A stretch of 64,000 nt of DNA from IMG/VR virus record IMGVR_UViG_3300031688_001339, one strand, 5' to 3'. The DNA is from a virus. The notes below the pieces were generated by a model. That model had not been told where the DNA came from. It saw only the letters and a program-made list of their open reading frames with translations, and ran no database searches. Shown here in pieces: positions 37,756-47,188 of this stretch. The translations under genes and the position numbers were made by a program. Position 1 is the first letter of the stretch. Every line of letters begins with the position of its first letter.

Positions 37756-40237
37756 ATCAGTTATAGAACATAGAGGCAAACTTCTTGTAAGAGGTATACA
37801 CGAAGGCCAAGACTATAAAGAAAAGATAGATTTTGGTCCTACTTTATATTCTCTAACACAAAAAGAAAGTAAGTTTAAAACTTTAGATAATAGAAATCTA
37901 AACCCAATAAAATTCAAAGATATATCTGCCGCTAGACAATTCAGACGTGAAGTTGCAACTCAAAACTCTCCTGTATATGGCCTAGAACGTTATCACTATC
38001 AGTACATCAACGAACAATTTCCACAAAACATCAAGTGGGATAAAAAGTTTATTAAAATATTCACAATAGATATTGAGACTACAGTAACAGATGGTTTTCC
38101 AGATGTGGATAACCCTACTGAAGAAATCATTTGTATTACAGTTAAGAATCAAACTAACAAACAAATATTAACGTGGGCTAAAGGTGACTATCACACAGAT
38201 AGGACAGATGTAACTTTCATTAAATGTAAAACAGAAAATCAACTCCTTATGGAGTTTATGAAATTCTGGTTAAAGAACTATCCAGATGTTGTTACAGGTT
38301 GGAATACTAAATTCTTTGATCTACCATACTTGATGAATAGAATTAAAATGGTTGCAGGTGAAAAGGTTGCAAACAAGATGTCGCCATGGGGACTTGTAGA
38401 TAAAATTGAAGTCATGGTAAGAGGTAGACCACAAACCTCATATGTTTTAAAAGGTACCGTAATGTTAGACTATCTTGATTTATATAGATGGTTTATTCCT
38501 ACTAGGCAAGAGAGTTATAAGCTAGACTTCATTGGTGAAGTAGAACTTGGTCAAAGAAAAAATGAAAACCCTTATCCAACCTTTAGAGAATTTTACGAGA
38601 AAGACTTTCAAAAGTTTGTTGATTATAACATACAAGATGTAGAACTTGTTGACGCTTTAGAAGATAAACTTGGTCTAATTGAATTAGCATTAACAGTTGC
38701 ATATGAATCTAAAGTAAACTATGATGATATATTTTCACAAGTAAGAGTGTGGGATACTTTGATTGCTAATCATCTATTGGCAAAAAACATATGTATACCA
38801 CCAAGAGAAGAACATAGTAAAGATACAAAATATGAAGGCGCCTATGTAAAAGACCCTACAGTTGGTCAGCATAAGTGGGTATGTTCTTTTGATATTAACT
38901 CACTATATCCTCATATCATTATTCAATACAATATTTCTCCTGAAAAGATAATAGGTCAAGATCCATCTGGTATTTCTGTAAACAAAATGTTGAAAAAAAG
39001 TTTAGACTTGTCACATTTAAAAAATGAAAATGCGTGTGTTACACCTAATGGTGCTAAGTTTAGAAACAATGGCCAAGGTTTCTTACCTGAAATGATGGAA
39101 ACAATGTACAATGAACGTGTCATTTATAAGAAAAGAATGATCGCCGCTAAAAAACAATATCAGAAAACACCAACACCAGAATTACAAAGAGAAATTGCAA
39201 GATGTCATAACATTCAATGGGCAAGAAAGATTGCCTTGAACTCAGCTTACGGTGCAGTTGGCAACCAATACTTTAGATTCTATGATGTAAGACAAGCAGC
39301 TGCTATTACAACAGCAGGTCAATTCATTATTAGATTCATTGAAGAAAAGGTTAACACTTATATGAATACTATTTTAAAATTAAAAGATGAAGACCATCAA
39401 GATTATATCGTGGCTTCTGATACAGATTCAATCTATGTAACATTAGATAAGTTAGTAGAAAAAACATGTCAAGGTAAAGACAACGACCAGATATGTAACT
39501 TTATAGACAAAGTTGTTAACAGTAGACTAGAACCTTTTATTGAAAAATGTTTTGATGAACTATCTGATTATACAAATGCATTTAAGAACTGTATGGTAAT
39601 GAAACGAGAAGTAATTGCCAACAAAGGTATATGGGTTGCAAAGAAAAGATATATGTTAAACGTATTAGATGATGAGGGTGTAAGACTTTCTGAACCTAAA
39701 TTAAAGATCATGGGTATTGAGGCAGTTAAATCATCAACACCACAAGTTTGTAGAGGTAAGATTAAAGAAGCAATCAAAATCATTATGAATAAAGATGAAG
39801 ATACTTTACAGAAATTCATTGCAGAATTTAAAACAGAGTTTAATAGTTTGTCTGCTGAAGCAATATCTTTTCCTAGATCATGTAACAATATTAAAAAGTA
39901 TAGAAACCCAGCAACCATATTCAGTAAAGGTACACCAATACATGTTAAAGGTTCTTTAATATACAATCAAAAACTACGAGAACTTAAATTACATAAACAA
40001 TATCCTTTCATCAAAGAAGGAGATAAGATTAAATTCTTAAAATTAAAAGAAGCTAATCCATTTAGATTTGATGTGATAAGTTATATTACAACTTTACCTG
40101 TAGAGTTCAAACTACAAGAATATATAGATTACGAAACACAATTTGAAAAGACTTTCCTTGACCCTATGAGATTTATCTTACAGGCTATTGGTTGGTCGCA
40201 AGAAAAGAAAGCAAGTTTGGATGCATTTTTTAGTTAG
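37739..40237 (+). CDS. gp43: Family B DNA polymerase gp43
   Basis: DIET exo I, SFDINSLYP, KIALNSAYG, SDTDS, KKRY. Confidence 0.98.
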   Translation: MMNFYKSVIEHRGKLLVRGIHEGQDYKEKIDFGPTLYSLTQKESKFKTLDNRNLNPIKFKDISAARQFRREVATQNSPVYGLERYHYQYINEQFPQNIKWDKKFIKIFTIDIETTVTDGFPDVDNPTEEIICITVKNQTNKQILTWAKGDYHTDRTDVTFIKCKTENQLLMEFMKFWLKNYPDVVTGWNTKFFDLPYLMNRIKMVAGEKVANKMSPWGLVDKIEVMVRGRPQTSYVLKGTVMLDYLDLYRWFIPTRQESYKLDFIGEVELGQRKNENPYPTFREFYEKDFQKFVDYNIQDVELVDALEDKLGLIELALTVAYESKVNYDDIFSQVRVWDTLIANHLLAKNICIPPREEHSKDTKYEGAYVKDPTVGQHKWVCSFDINSLYPHIIIQYNISPEKIIGQDPSGISVNKMLKKSLDLSHLKNENACVTPNGAKFRNNGQGFLPEMMETMYNERVIYKKRMIAAKKQYQKTPTPELQREIARCHNIQWARKIALNSAYGAVGNQYFRFYDVRQAAAITTAGQFIIRFIEEKVNTYMNTILKLKDEDHQDYIVASDTDSIYVTLDKLVEKTCQGKDNDQICNFIDKVVNSRLEPFIEKCFDELSDYTNAFKNCMVMKREVIANKGIWVAKKRYMLNVLDDEGVRLSEPKLKIMGIEAVKSSTPQVCRGKIKEAIKIIMNKDEDTLQKFIAEFKTEFNSLSAEAISFPRSCNNIKKYRNPATIFSKGTPIHVKGSLIYNQKLRELKLHKQYPFIKEGDKIKFLKLKEANPFRFDVISYITTLPVEFKLQEYIDYETQFEKTFLDPMRFILQAIGWSQEKKASLDAFFS

Positions 40238-40711
40238 ATGAAAAAATATATAGAAGACTTTTTTAAATGGGTTAAAGGTACTGAACTAGTTGAACTAGAC
40301 GACATAGATGTATCTGAGGATCCTGTTAGACCTGAACTAACTTTAGGTTTTAGAATTACACACGATAGAAAGATACTAGGATTAAAATACGAAGATAAGA
40401 TTATAGCAGTTGTTTGTATTGCAGTTTGTCCTGAAGTACCACATACTGTTAGAGAAATGGATTATATGTCCAGAGTAAAAGACGGTAACATTGTTGTTGC
40501 ATATACAGTATGGTCTCGTAAACGAGGTGCAGGTCAAGAGATTATTAATAAACTAGCCAAGTATGCAAAAGAAAAACAATATAAAAGACTAGTTACTTTA
40601 TCTCCTCTAACACCAATGGCAACCCATTTTCACATTAAGAACGGTGCTAAACAAGTACATATAAATGATGTAACACAAAATTTTGAATATGATCTCAACA
40701 AAAAAATATAA
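40238..40711 (+). CDS. GNAT-fold-like protein (MCD-like TLSP motif)
   Basis: AYTVWSRKRGAG..II, LVTLSPLT, FHIKNGA resemble GNAT motifs A/B. Confidence 0.5.
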   Translation: MKKYIEDFFKWVKGTELVELDDIDVSEDPVRPELTLGFRITHDRKILGLKYEDKIIAVVCIAVCPEVPHTVREMDYMSRVKDGNIVVAYTVWSRKRGAGQEIINKLAKYAKEKQYKRLVTLSPLTPMATHFHIKNGAKQVHINDVTQNFEYDLNKKI

Positions 40712-41240
40712 CATAATCTATGCCGATCCTCCTTGGCATTTTCAGAATTATAATAATGAAACTGCTCAGACTAATCCAGATAAACATTATCCTACTATGA
40801 CAATGAAAGATATAGAAAATTTACCAATAGGTGATCTTGCAGATACCGATTGTGTATTGTTTATGTGGTGTACAGACCCATTATTACACAAACAAATACC
40901 TCTAGTTGAGAAGTGGGGATTTACATACAAGACAGTAGGTTTCACATGGGCAAAAACAAATAAGACTAGAATAAAAAATTACTTCTTTAAAGGACCTGGA
41001 TATTGGACTAGGGCCAACACTGAAACATGTATCTTGGCAACAAAAGGTAAACCTAAAAGAGTTGGTAAAAACGTAGATAGATTAGTTGTGAGTGAACGTA
41101 GAGAACACAGTAGAAAACCAGATAGAATACGAAGTGATATAGTTGAATTGTGTGGTGATTTACCAAGAATAGAATTATTTGCTAGAACTTCTATGCCTGG
41201 CTGGGACGTATGGGGAAACCAGGTTGACAAATTTAATTAA
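40689..41240 (+). CDS. MT-A70 family N6-adenine methyltransferase
   Basis: IIYADPPW, LFMW, WGFTYKT, HSRKP, RIELFAR, GWDVWGNQ. Confidence 0.92.
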   Translation: MISTKKYNIIYADPPWHFQNYNNETAQTNPDKHYPTMTMKDIENLPIGDLADTDCVLFMWCTDPLLHKQIPLVEKWGFTYKTVGFTWAKTNKTRIKNYFFKGPGYWTRANTETCILATKGKPKRVGKNVDRLVVSERREHSRKPDRIRSDIVELCGDLPRIELFARTSMPGWDVWGNQVDKFN

Positions 41241-41252
41241 ACATGATATACT
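41224..41252 (+). promoter_or_regulatory. Sigma70-type promoter TTGACA-17-TATACT
   Basis: Near consensus; ATG is the 7th base after the -10. Confidence 0.75.
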
Positions 41253-41258
41253 ATAACT

Positions 41259-42362
41259 ATGAAAACTAAAACATTAACTACTGAACAGGCATTGTATTGT
41301 GCTAACATATTTAATGATTACTTCGGTAAGTTTAGTCGTATAGATCAGTATATGAGAGATCAAAAACTATCTCAAATATCAGATGTACCGGCTGCATTAC
41401 CTGGAATGGGTTTAGAGGGTGAAATATTTTCAAACTTTGATATGTCACCTAAAGATATGGACTTTGAAATATTAGAACCAGATAATGAGACGTATAATAC
41501 ATTATTAAATATGATTTCTTCTCATACTAATATGTCAAGTGTACCTGGTAAAAATTTAAAGATTGCAATAAGAGAAAAGAATAGTGGTCAATGGGTAGGT
41601 TTTATAAGATGTGGTTCTCCTGTTATAAACATGAAACCAAGAAACGAATTATTAACTCATGTACCAGAATTAGTAAGTTTCAATAAGACTTCTATTATGG
41701 GATTTGTTATAGTACCAACTCAACCTTTTGGTTTTAATTACCTAGGTGGTAAACTATTAGCAGCTATATGTTGTAGTCACACTATAAGAGAAAAATTAAA
41801 TGACAAATATGGTATGAACTTATCATTGTTTGAAACTACAAGTTTATATGGTAATAGTAAATCATCAAGTCAATATGATGGCATGAAACCTTATTTAAGA
41901 TACAAAGGTCTAACCGATAGTGACTTCATACCTTTGATACATGGCAAACCTTTCCATGACCTATCTGACTATGCTGAAAATTGCGTTGGTCAACTTGTTA
42001 AACAAGACGCTTCAAGTAGAAAATTAAAACAAACACAAGCTATAATTGCTTTAATTAAAAGATCATTATCAGGTAATGATTTAGAAACTTTTAATACAAC
42101 TATAAGTAATGCAAAGAAACTAACTGAAAGAAAAAGATACTATGTTAGTGACTATGGTATTAAGAACTATCTAGATATAGTAAAAGATAACACTAAAGAA
42201 ATAATCAAAGGTGAGAATTGGGATAAATTTGAACTAAATAATATCATACAATGGTGGAAAAAGAAAGCAGAATCAAGATATAATAAACTAAAAGAAGATG
42301 GTAGATTAAGAAATGATTTAGAAATCTGGACACCAGAGGCAGAAATAGACATTATCAGATAA
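41259..42362 (+). CDS. DUF4338 (DruA-like) protein, predicted Mom-like GNAT fold; paralog 2
   Basis: GFIRCGSP, PRN, IVPTQPFGFNYLGGKLLA, ETTSLYG, SQYDGM, YKGLT. Confidence 0.65.
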   Translation: MKTKTLTTEQALYCANIFNDYFGKFSRIDQYMRDQKLSQISDVPAALPGMGLEGEIFSNFDMSPKDMDFEILEPDNETYNTLLNMISSHTNMSSVPGKNLKIAIREKNSGQWVGFIRCGSPVINMKPRNELLTHVPELVSFNKTSIMGFVIVPTQPFGFNYLGGKLLAAICCSHTIREKLNDKYGMNLSLFETTSLYGNSKSSSQYDGMKPYLRYKGLTDSDFIPLIHGKPFHDLSDYAENCVGQLVKQDASSRKLKQTQAIIALIKRSLSGNDLETFNTTISNAKKLTERKRYYVSDYGIKNYLDIVKDNTKEIIKGENWDKFELNNIIQWWKKKAESRYNKLKEDGRLRNDLEIWTPEAEIDIIR

Positions 42363-42364
42363 TA

Positions 42365-42670
42365 ATGATGGCAATAGCAGAGACACACTATAACGAATTA
42401 AAAGAATATTGGGACTTCCAAAGGAAGAGAGAATACAATTACGAACAACTATGTAATGTATGCGACAATATAGGTTCAAACTTTAGGTTTACCAATGGTA
42501 AAAATGGTGAAGAACTAAAAAATGATTTATGGAACAAAATACAACCGGACGAGTATGAAGAGCCGCCTAAAGATTGGGTTCCACAAGATGAGAAGTATAG
42601 ACTATGGAACGAAGGAACACCAAAGAAATTTAAAGTGTCCTTTAAGAAAATGAAAACAGTACAAGCTTGA
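42365..42670 (+). CDS. Hypothetical protein
   Basis: ORF track; tight packing. Confidence 0.6.
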   Translation: MMAIAETHYNELKEYWDFQRKREYNYEQLCNVCDNIGSNFRFTNGKNGEELKNDLWNKIQPDEYEEPPKDWVPQDEKYRLWNEGTPKKFKVSFKKMKTVQA

Positions 42671-42695
42671 CAATGTCTAAAAGATATGTTATAGT
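42667..42695 (+). promoter_or_regulatory. Sigma70-type promoter TTGACA-17-TATAGT for uvsX
   Basis: Near consensus. Confidence 0.7.
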
Positions 42696-42724
42696 TAGTA
42701 CATTATAATTAAGGAGATAATAAT

Positions 42725-43744
42725 ATGAGTGATTTTTTAAAAGATATAATCAAAGAGAGTGGAAATGAGTATGCAGGTTTAGTAAGTGATGGTATGGATA
42801 GTGATGTATCAAGTTTCATTGACACAGGTTCTTATTCTTTTAATGCTCTACTATCTGGTAGTATCTATGGTGGATTACCAGCAAACAAAATTACAGCAAT
42901 TGCCGGCGAGGCAGCAACAGGTAAAACATTTTTTGCATTAGGTATTGTACAGAATTTTTTAGATGTAAACAAAGACGCTGGTGTTATTTACTTTGAATCA
43001 GAAAGTGCCGTATCAAAAGACATGATTGAAAGTCGTGGCGTTGATGGTACTAGAATGGTCGTTGTACCAGTTGCTACAGTACAAGAATTTAGAGCTCAAT
43101 CAATAAAAATTATTGACAAATATTTAGAACAACCAGAGAAGACGAGAAAACCTTTGTTGTTTGTATTAGATAGTTTAGGTATGTTATCTACTACAAAAGA
43201 AATGGAAGACACAGCCGCTGGTAAAGAAACAAGAGACATGACAAGATCACAAATTGTTAAGTCAACTTTTAGAGTATTAACATTGAAACTAGGTAAAGCA
43301 GGTATTCCTATGATTATGACCAATCATACGTATGATGTTATTGGTTCAATGTTCCCTCAAAAAGAAATGGGAGGTGGTTCAGGACTAAAATACGCTGCCT
43401 CATCAATCATCTATTTAAGTAAACGTAAAGAAAAAGAAGGTACGGAAGTAGTTGGTAATATTATACATTGTAAAAATTATAAGTCTAGATTGACAAAAGA
43501 AAACGCACAAATTGATGTTAAGTTAACCTATAAAAAAGGTCTTGATAAGCACTATGGTTTATTAGATATGGCAGAAGCAGCCGGTATCTTTACCAAAACT
43601 TCTACAAGATTTGAAACACCACAAGGTAAGGTGTTTGGTAAAACCATCAATGACGATCCAGAAAAGTATTTTACAAAGGAGATATTAACCAAAATAGATG
43701 AATACGCCAACAAAAAATTCAAATACGGATCAGACGAAGAATAA
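42725..43744 (+). CDS. uvsX: RecA-like recombinase UvsX
   Basis: [29 protein letters not shown]. Confidence 0.95.
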   Translation: MSDFLKDIIKESGNEYAGLVSDGMDSDVSSFIDTGSYSFNALLSGSIYGGLPANKITAIAGEAATGKTFFALGIVQNFLDVNKDAGVIYFESESAVSKDMIESRGVDGTRMVVVPVATVQEFRAQSIKIIDKYLEQPEKTRKPLLFVLDSLGMLSTTKEMEDTAAGKETRDMTRSQIVKSTFRVLTLKLGKAGIPMIMTNHTYDVIGSMFPQKEMGGGSGLKYAASSIIYLSKRKEKEGTEVVGNIIHCKNYKSRLTKENAQIDVKLTYKKGLDKHYGLLDMAEAAGIFTKTSTRFETPQGKVFGKTINDDPEKYFTKEILTKIDEYANKKFKYGSDEE

Positions 43745-44021
43745 GAAGTACGTCTTTGCACAAAAGACTGGTGACGATTTTACGGCTATAAAGTTACTTG
43801 AAGATAAGTACAGAAATGTAATCTACAAGTACGGTAAAGTTGCGTTTGCTAAAGACGAAAAGCCAGATGGCACATTGCCAATGAAGTTTGATTATGATAT
43901 ACTAACCAATCCAGAATCAAAAGACATTGAGAACCAAGAGTTTATAGATTACATCGGTGACATATTGATAGAAGTAATGGAACAACAATTAAATAATGGA
44001 AAGGTAGAGTTCAGTGAATAA
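43698..44021 (+). CDS. Hypothetical protein (position of T4 gp40)
   Basis: Between uvsX and gp41; YKYGKV, IGDILIE. Confidence 0.55.
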   Translation: MNTPTKNSNTDQTKNKKYVFAQKTGDDFTAIKLLEDKYRNVIYKYGKVAFAKDEKPDGTLPMKFDYDILTNPESKDIENQEFIDYIGDILIEVMEQQLNNGKVEFSE

Positions 44022-45381
44022 CGAAAGAATAGAAGTCACCATATTAAGAAACTTAATGTTTAACGAACTGTATATGCGAAAAGCAATACCGTTTTTAAAA
44101 GACATATACTTTTCTAAAAGAGAAGAATCAATATTGTTTTCAGAAATATATTCCTTTGTTGAGAAGTATCAGAATCTTCCTACTAAAGAAACTATTTTGG
44201 TTGAAATGGGTTACAGAAAAGATTTAAATGATCAAGACGTTGCTGGTGTAAAAGATTTAGTGACACAGCTAAGTCCTGAAGATGTTGATTCAAAATGGCT
44301 TATAGATACTACAGAAAAGTTTTGTAAAGATAGAGCAGTACATAATGCCGTACTTGATGGTATTAAGATACTTGATGGTAAAGACAAAGAGAGACAATCG
44401 GAGGCGATACCAAGTATCTTGGCAGACGCCTTATCAGTTTCATTTGATAACCATATCGGGCATGACTATCTTAACGACAGTGATGAAAGATTTAATTGGT
44501 ATCATACAAAAGAAAAGAAGTATCAATTTGATCTAGGTTACTTCAATAGAATTACAAAAGGTGGTGTACCAAGTAAGACTTTAAATATTGCTCTTGCAGG
44601 TACAGGTGTTGGTAAATCATTGTTCATGTGCCACGTAGCTGCTAGTTTCTTAGCACAAGGATTAAATGTATTATATATTACTTTAGAAATGGCAGAGGAA
44701 AGAATTGCAGAAAGAATAGACGCTAACTTATTAGATGTTTCTATGGACGATCTACATGATATGCCAAAATCATTATATGAAGATAAGATAACAAAAATTA
44801 AAGATAAGACTAAAGGTCAATTAATTATAAAAGAATATCCTACAGCGTCTGCTCATAGTGGTCACTTTAGAAGTTTATTAAATGAACTGTCTTTAAAGAA
44901 AAGTTTTAAACCACAAGTGTTGTTTATTGATTATCTAAACATTTGTTCTAGTAGTAGATTTAAAGGTGGTAATATATCATCGTATTTTTATATTAAGGCA
45001 ATCGCTGAAGAATTAAGAGGACTTGCCGTAGAGTTTGATATGCCTATCTTTAGTGCAACTCAAACAACTAGAACAGGATTTGTTTCAACTGATATTGGTT
45101 TAGAAGATACATCTGAATCATTTGGTCTTCCAGCAACGGCAGACTTTATGTTTGCTTTGATGTCTAATGAAGAACTAGAGCAGTTAGGACAAATGAAAGT
45201 AAAACAATTAAAGAATAGGTACAACGATCCTTCTTTACATCGTTCTTTCATTATAGGTGTAGATAGAGCCAAGATGAAACTATATGATGTTGAAAACAAT
45301 GCTCAAAACATTGTAGACAAAGGACCAGAACCTAAAAAAATAGATAACCCTTACGATAAATTTTCGGATTTTAAAGTATAA
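44014..45381 (+). CDS. gp41: Replicative helicase gp41 (DnaB-like)
   Basis: AGTGVGKS, LEMAEE, IDYLNI, SATQTTR, ESFGLPATAD, KQLKNRY. Confidence 0.96.
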   Translation: MNNERIEVTILRNLMFNELYMRKAIPFLKDIYFSKREESILFSEIYSFVEKYQNLPTKETILVEMGYRKDLNDQDVAGVKDLVTQLSPEDVDSKWLIDTTEKFCKDRAVHNAVLDGIKILDGKDKERQSEAIPSILADALSVSFDNHIGHDYLNDSDERFNWYHTKEKKYQFDLGYFNRITKGGVPSKTLNIALAGTGVGKSLFMCHVAASFLAQGLNVLYITLEMAEERIAERIDANLLDVSMDDLHDMPKSLYEDKITKIKDKTKGQLIIKEYPTASAHSGHFRSLLNELSLKKSFKPQVLFIDYLNICSSSRFKGGNISSYFYIKAIAEELRGLAVEFDMPIFSATQTTRTGFVSTDIGLEDTSESFGLPATADFMFALMSNEELEQLGQMKVKQLKNRYNDPSLHRSFIIGVDRAKMKLYDVENNAQNIVDKGPEPKKIDNPYDKFSDFKV

Positions 45382-45382
45382 T

Positions 45383-45646
45383 ATGGCTACACAAAAAGTA
45401 AGATTTAATAAAGAAGATAGAAGACCTAAAGCAAATAAAGATTACGATAAGTTATCTTATTCAAAGAAGATGGTTAAGAAAGGTCGTAAGATTATATGGC
45501 ATGTTAAAGAGAAACCAACTAATAATATTATTGCACATTATTTTTTTGAAGAAGACGCAGATAAACTAGTTAAATTTCAAAACAAAAATAGAGTGTGGGA
45601 AATGAACGGTGGTGTTCCAAAGTTTCTATGGATTAACAACATATAG
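45383..45646 (+). CDS. Small basic hypothetical protein
   Basis: ORF track. Confidence 0.6.
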   Translation: MATQKVRFNKEDRRPKANKDYDKLSYSKKMVKKGRKIIWHVKEKPTNNIIAHYFFEEDADKLVKFQNKNRVWEMNGGVPKFLWINNI

Positions 45647-45684
45647 TACTTGCCATCTTCTTATAAATATGGTATAAGAAAGTT

Positions 45685-47106
45685 ATGGCATACAATTTAG
45701 CAACACTATCAACATTGGTACAACACGTACCTTCAAAATTAAAAGGTGATTTTACATCTATATTAAAATTGATGGACGAGGGTGCTTACTATGGTGATGA
45801 CGCTCCAGTAACTAAAAGTAAGAAGTACACAGTAAAGGTTACTCCTTCAAATTTTTATAAGATATGTGGTTTACTAATAAAGAAGTATGACGCAACCATT
45901 AAACAAGGTGCTAAAAAATCAGCAGACGTTGTAATACAAGAATTTAAGATTAGGTTTATAGAGACAGGTAAGAAATCAGTAGGTTCTCTGGACGCAACAG
46001 TTGTACAGAAACAAGAACTTGCCTCACTTTGGATTATTCAAAGATCATTAAAAGATAAAAAGAAGTATACATGTCCTGAAGATATATCAAGAGACGTAAA
46101 GTATAAAGAACTAGTAGCAATATATCCAGATGTTATGGAAGATGGTTGGCTGGATAATTTTTATCAACAACAAAAGAAGATGTTAGAAGTTTTTTCTGGT
46201 GTAAACTTTACAGAATATAACAGAGACGGTGGTTTTATGACCTATATCTCCAACTTAATAAGAGACAAGTTTAAAATATCTAAAAAAGATAGTTGGAATC
46301 CTGCCGACATATGGTTAATCAGTAATGAAACTTCAGTAAGAAAAACTATTGATCAGGCCATGTCAGGCAAGTCTGTATCTATTTCAAAATTAAATGATGT
46401 GATGAAGATACTATATGCAAAAAATAAATTAGCAGGTGTATCATTAAAGAAAGTATCAGGTAACGTAGCAAGATTTGAAGAAGTAAATACTAAAAACGCA
46501 TTAATGAAAGACGCCAAGTTTGTAATGAAGTTAGATAAATCGGTTATGAATATGAAAACTAAATCAGATAAAACATTATCGTCCTCTGATATGAGAATAG
46601 ATATTAAATCTGCTAATGATGTATGCGAATTTCAGATCAGACAAAACGGAAAAGGCTTTCAACAGAATTTAAAATTTGATGGTAAGTTTAAAGGTGCTGG
46701 AGCTGCTCGTGTAGGTAAAGTACCGTTAGAGTTACTAACCAAATTACTAGCCGAGTATGGTGTAGGTAACAATGCTAGTAAGTTTTTTGTAAACAAACAT
46801 CAAATGTATCCTAAAAGTTTAAAAGCTTTTGATTTAGTAAAAGAGGTTTACCAAACTAGATTTAATTTTGTAAATACAAAGACGGAAACGGGTATAAAGA
46901 ATAGTGATTTTACACCTAATATGATCAGATCGTTCAACTCGGCTGACTTAAAGAACGGTGTATCACACACAAAGTTAATGGAACTAGACTTTCTTTATTG
47001 TATTTACAAGATACCAGAAGCAAAAAGAAACAAAATGCTAACAGATATGGTGTACTTGGCAGAGAAAAGAGGGTCGCAATTTGGTCCATTTGGCAAGTTG
47101 TACTAG
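45685..47106 (+). CDS. Hypothetical protein, possible PD-(D/E)xK nuclease
   Basis: QE...WNPADIW...GVSLKK pattern; own promoter (TTGCCA 45650 -17- TATAAG, overlapping TATAAATA 45662). Confidence 0.5.
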   Translation: MAYNLATLSTLVQHVPSKLKGDFTSILKLMDEGAYYGDDAPVTKSKKYTVKVTPSNFYKICGLLIKKYDATIKQGAKKSADVVIQEFKIRFIETGKKSVGSLDATVVQKQELASLWIIQRSLKDKKKYTCPEDISRDVKYKELVAIYPDVMEDGWLDNFYQQQKKMLEVFSGVNFTEYNRDGGFMTYISNLIRDKFKISKKDSWNPADIWLISNETSVRKTIDQAMSGKSVSISKLNDVMKILYAKNKLAGVSLKKVSGNVARFEEVNTKNALMKDAKFVMKLDKSVMNMKTKSDKTLSSSDMRIDIKSANDVCEFQIRQNGKGFQQNLKFDGKFKGAGAARVGKVPLELLTKLLAEYGVGNNASKFFVNKHQMYPKSLKAFDLVKEVYQTRFNFVNTKTETGIKNSDFTPNMIRSFNSADLKNGVSHTKLMELDFLYCIYKIPEAKRNKMLTDMVYLAEKRGSQFGPFGKLY

Positions 47107-47114
47107 TATAAATA
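47107..47114 (+). promoter_or_regulatory. Late promoter TATAAATA
   Basis: Exact consensus at start of the late accessory block. Confidence 0.75.
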
Positions 47115-47188
47115 GAGGTAACAACAAAAATGTTGTTTGAGTTATTAAATGAGATAGTGATTATAGTTATGGAATAAATGAAGGAAAT

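Noticed and set aside
4609-45381. Introns, inteins or homing endonucleases in gp17, gp20, gp23, gp43, uvsX, gp41
   Set aside because: All are continuous and of normal length, with no intein or LAGLIDADG/HNH/GIY-YIG motifs seen.
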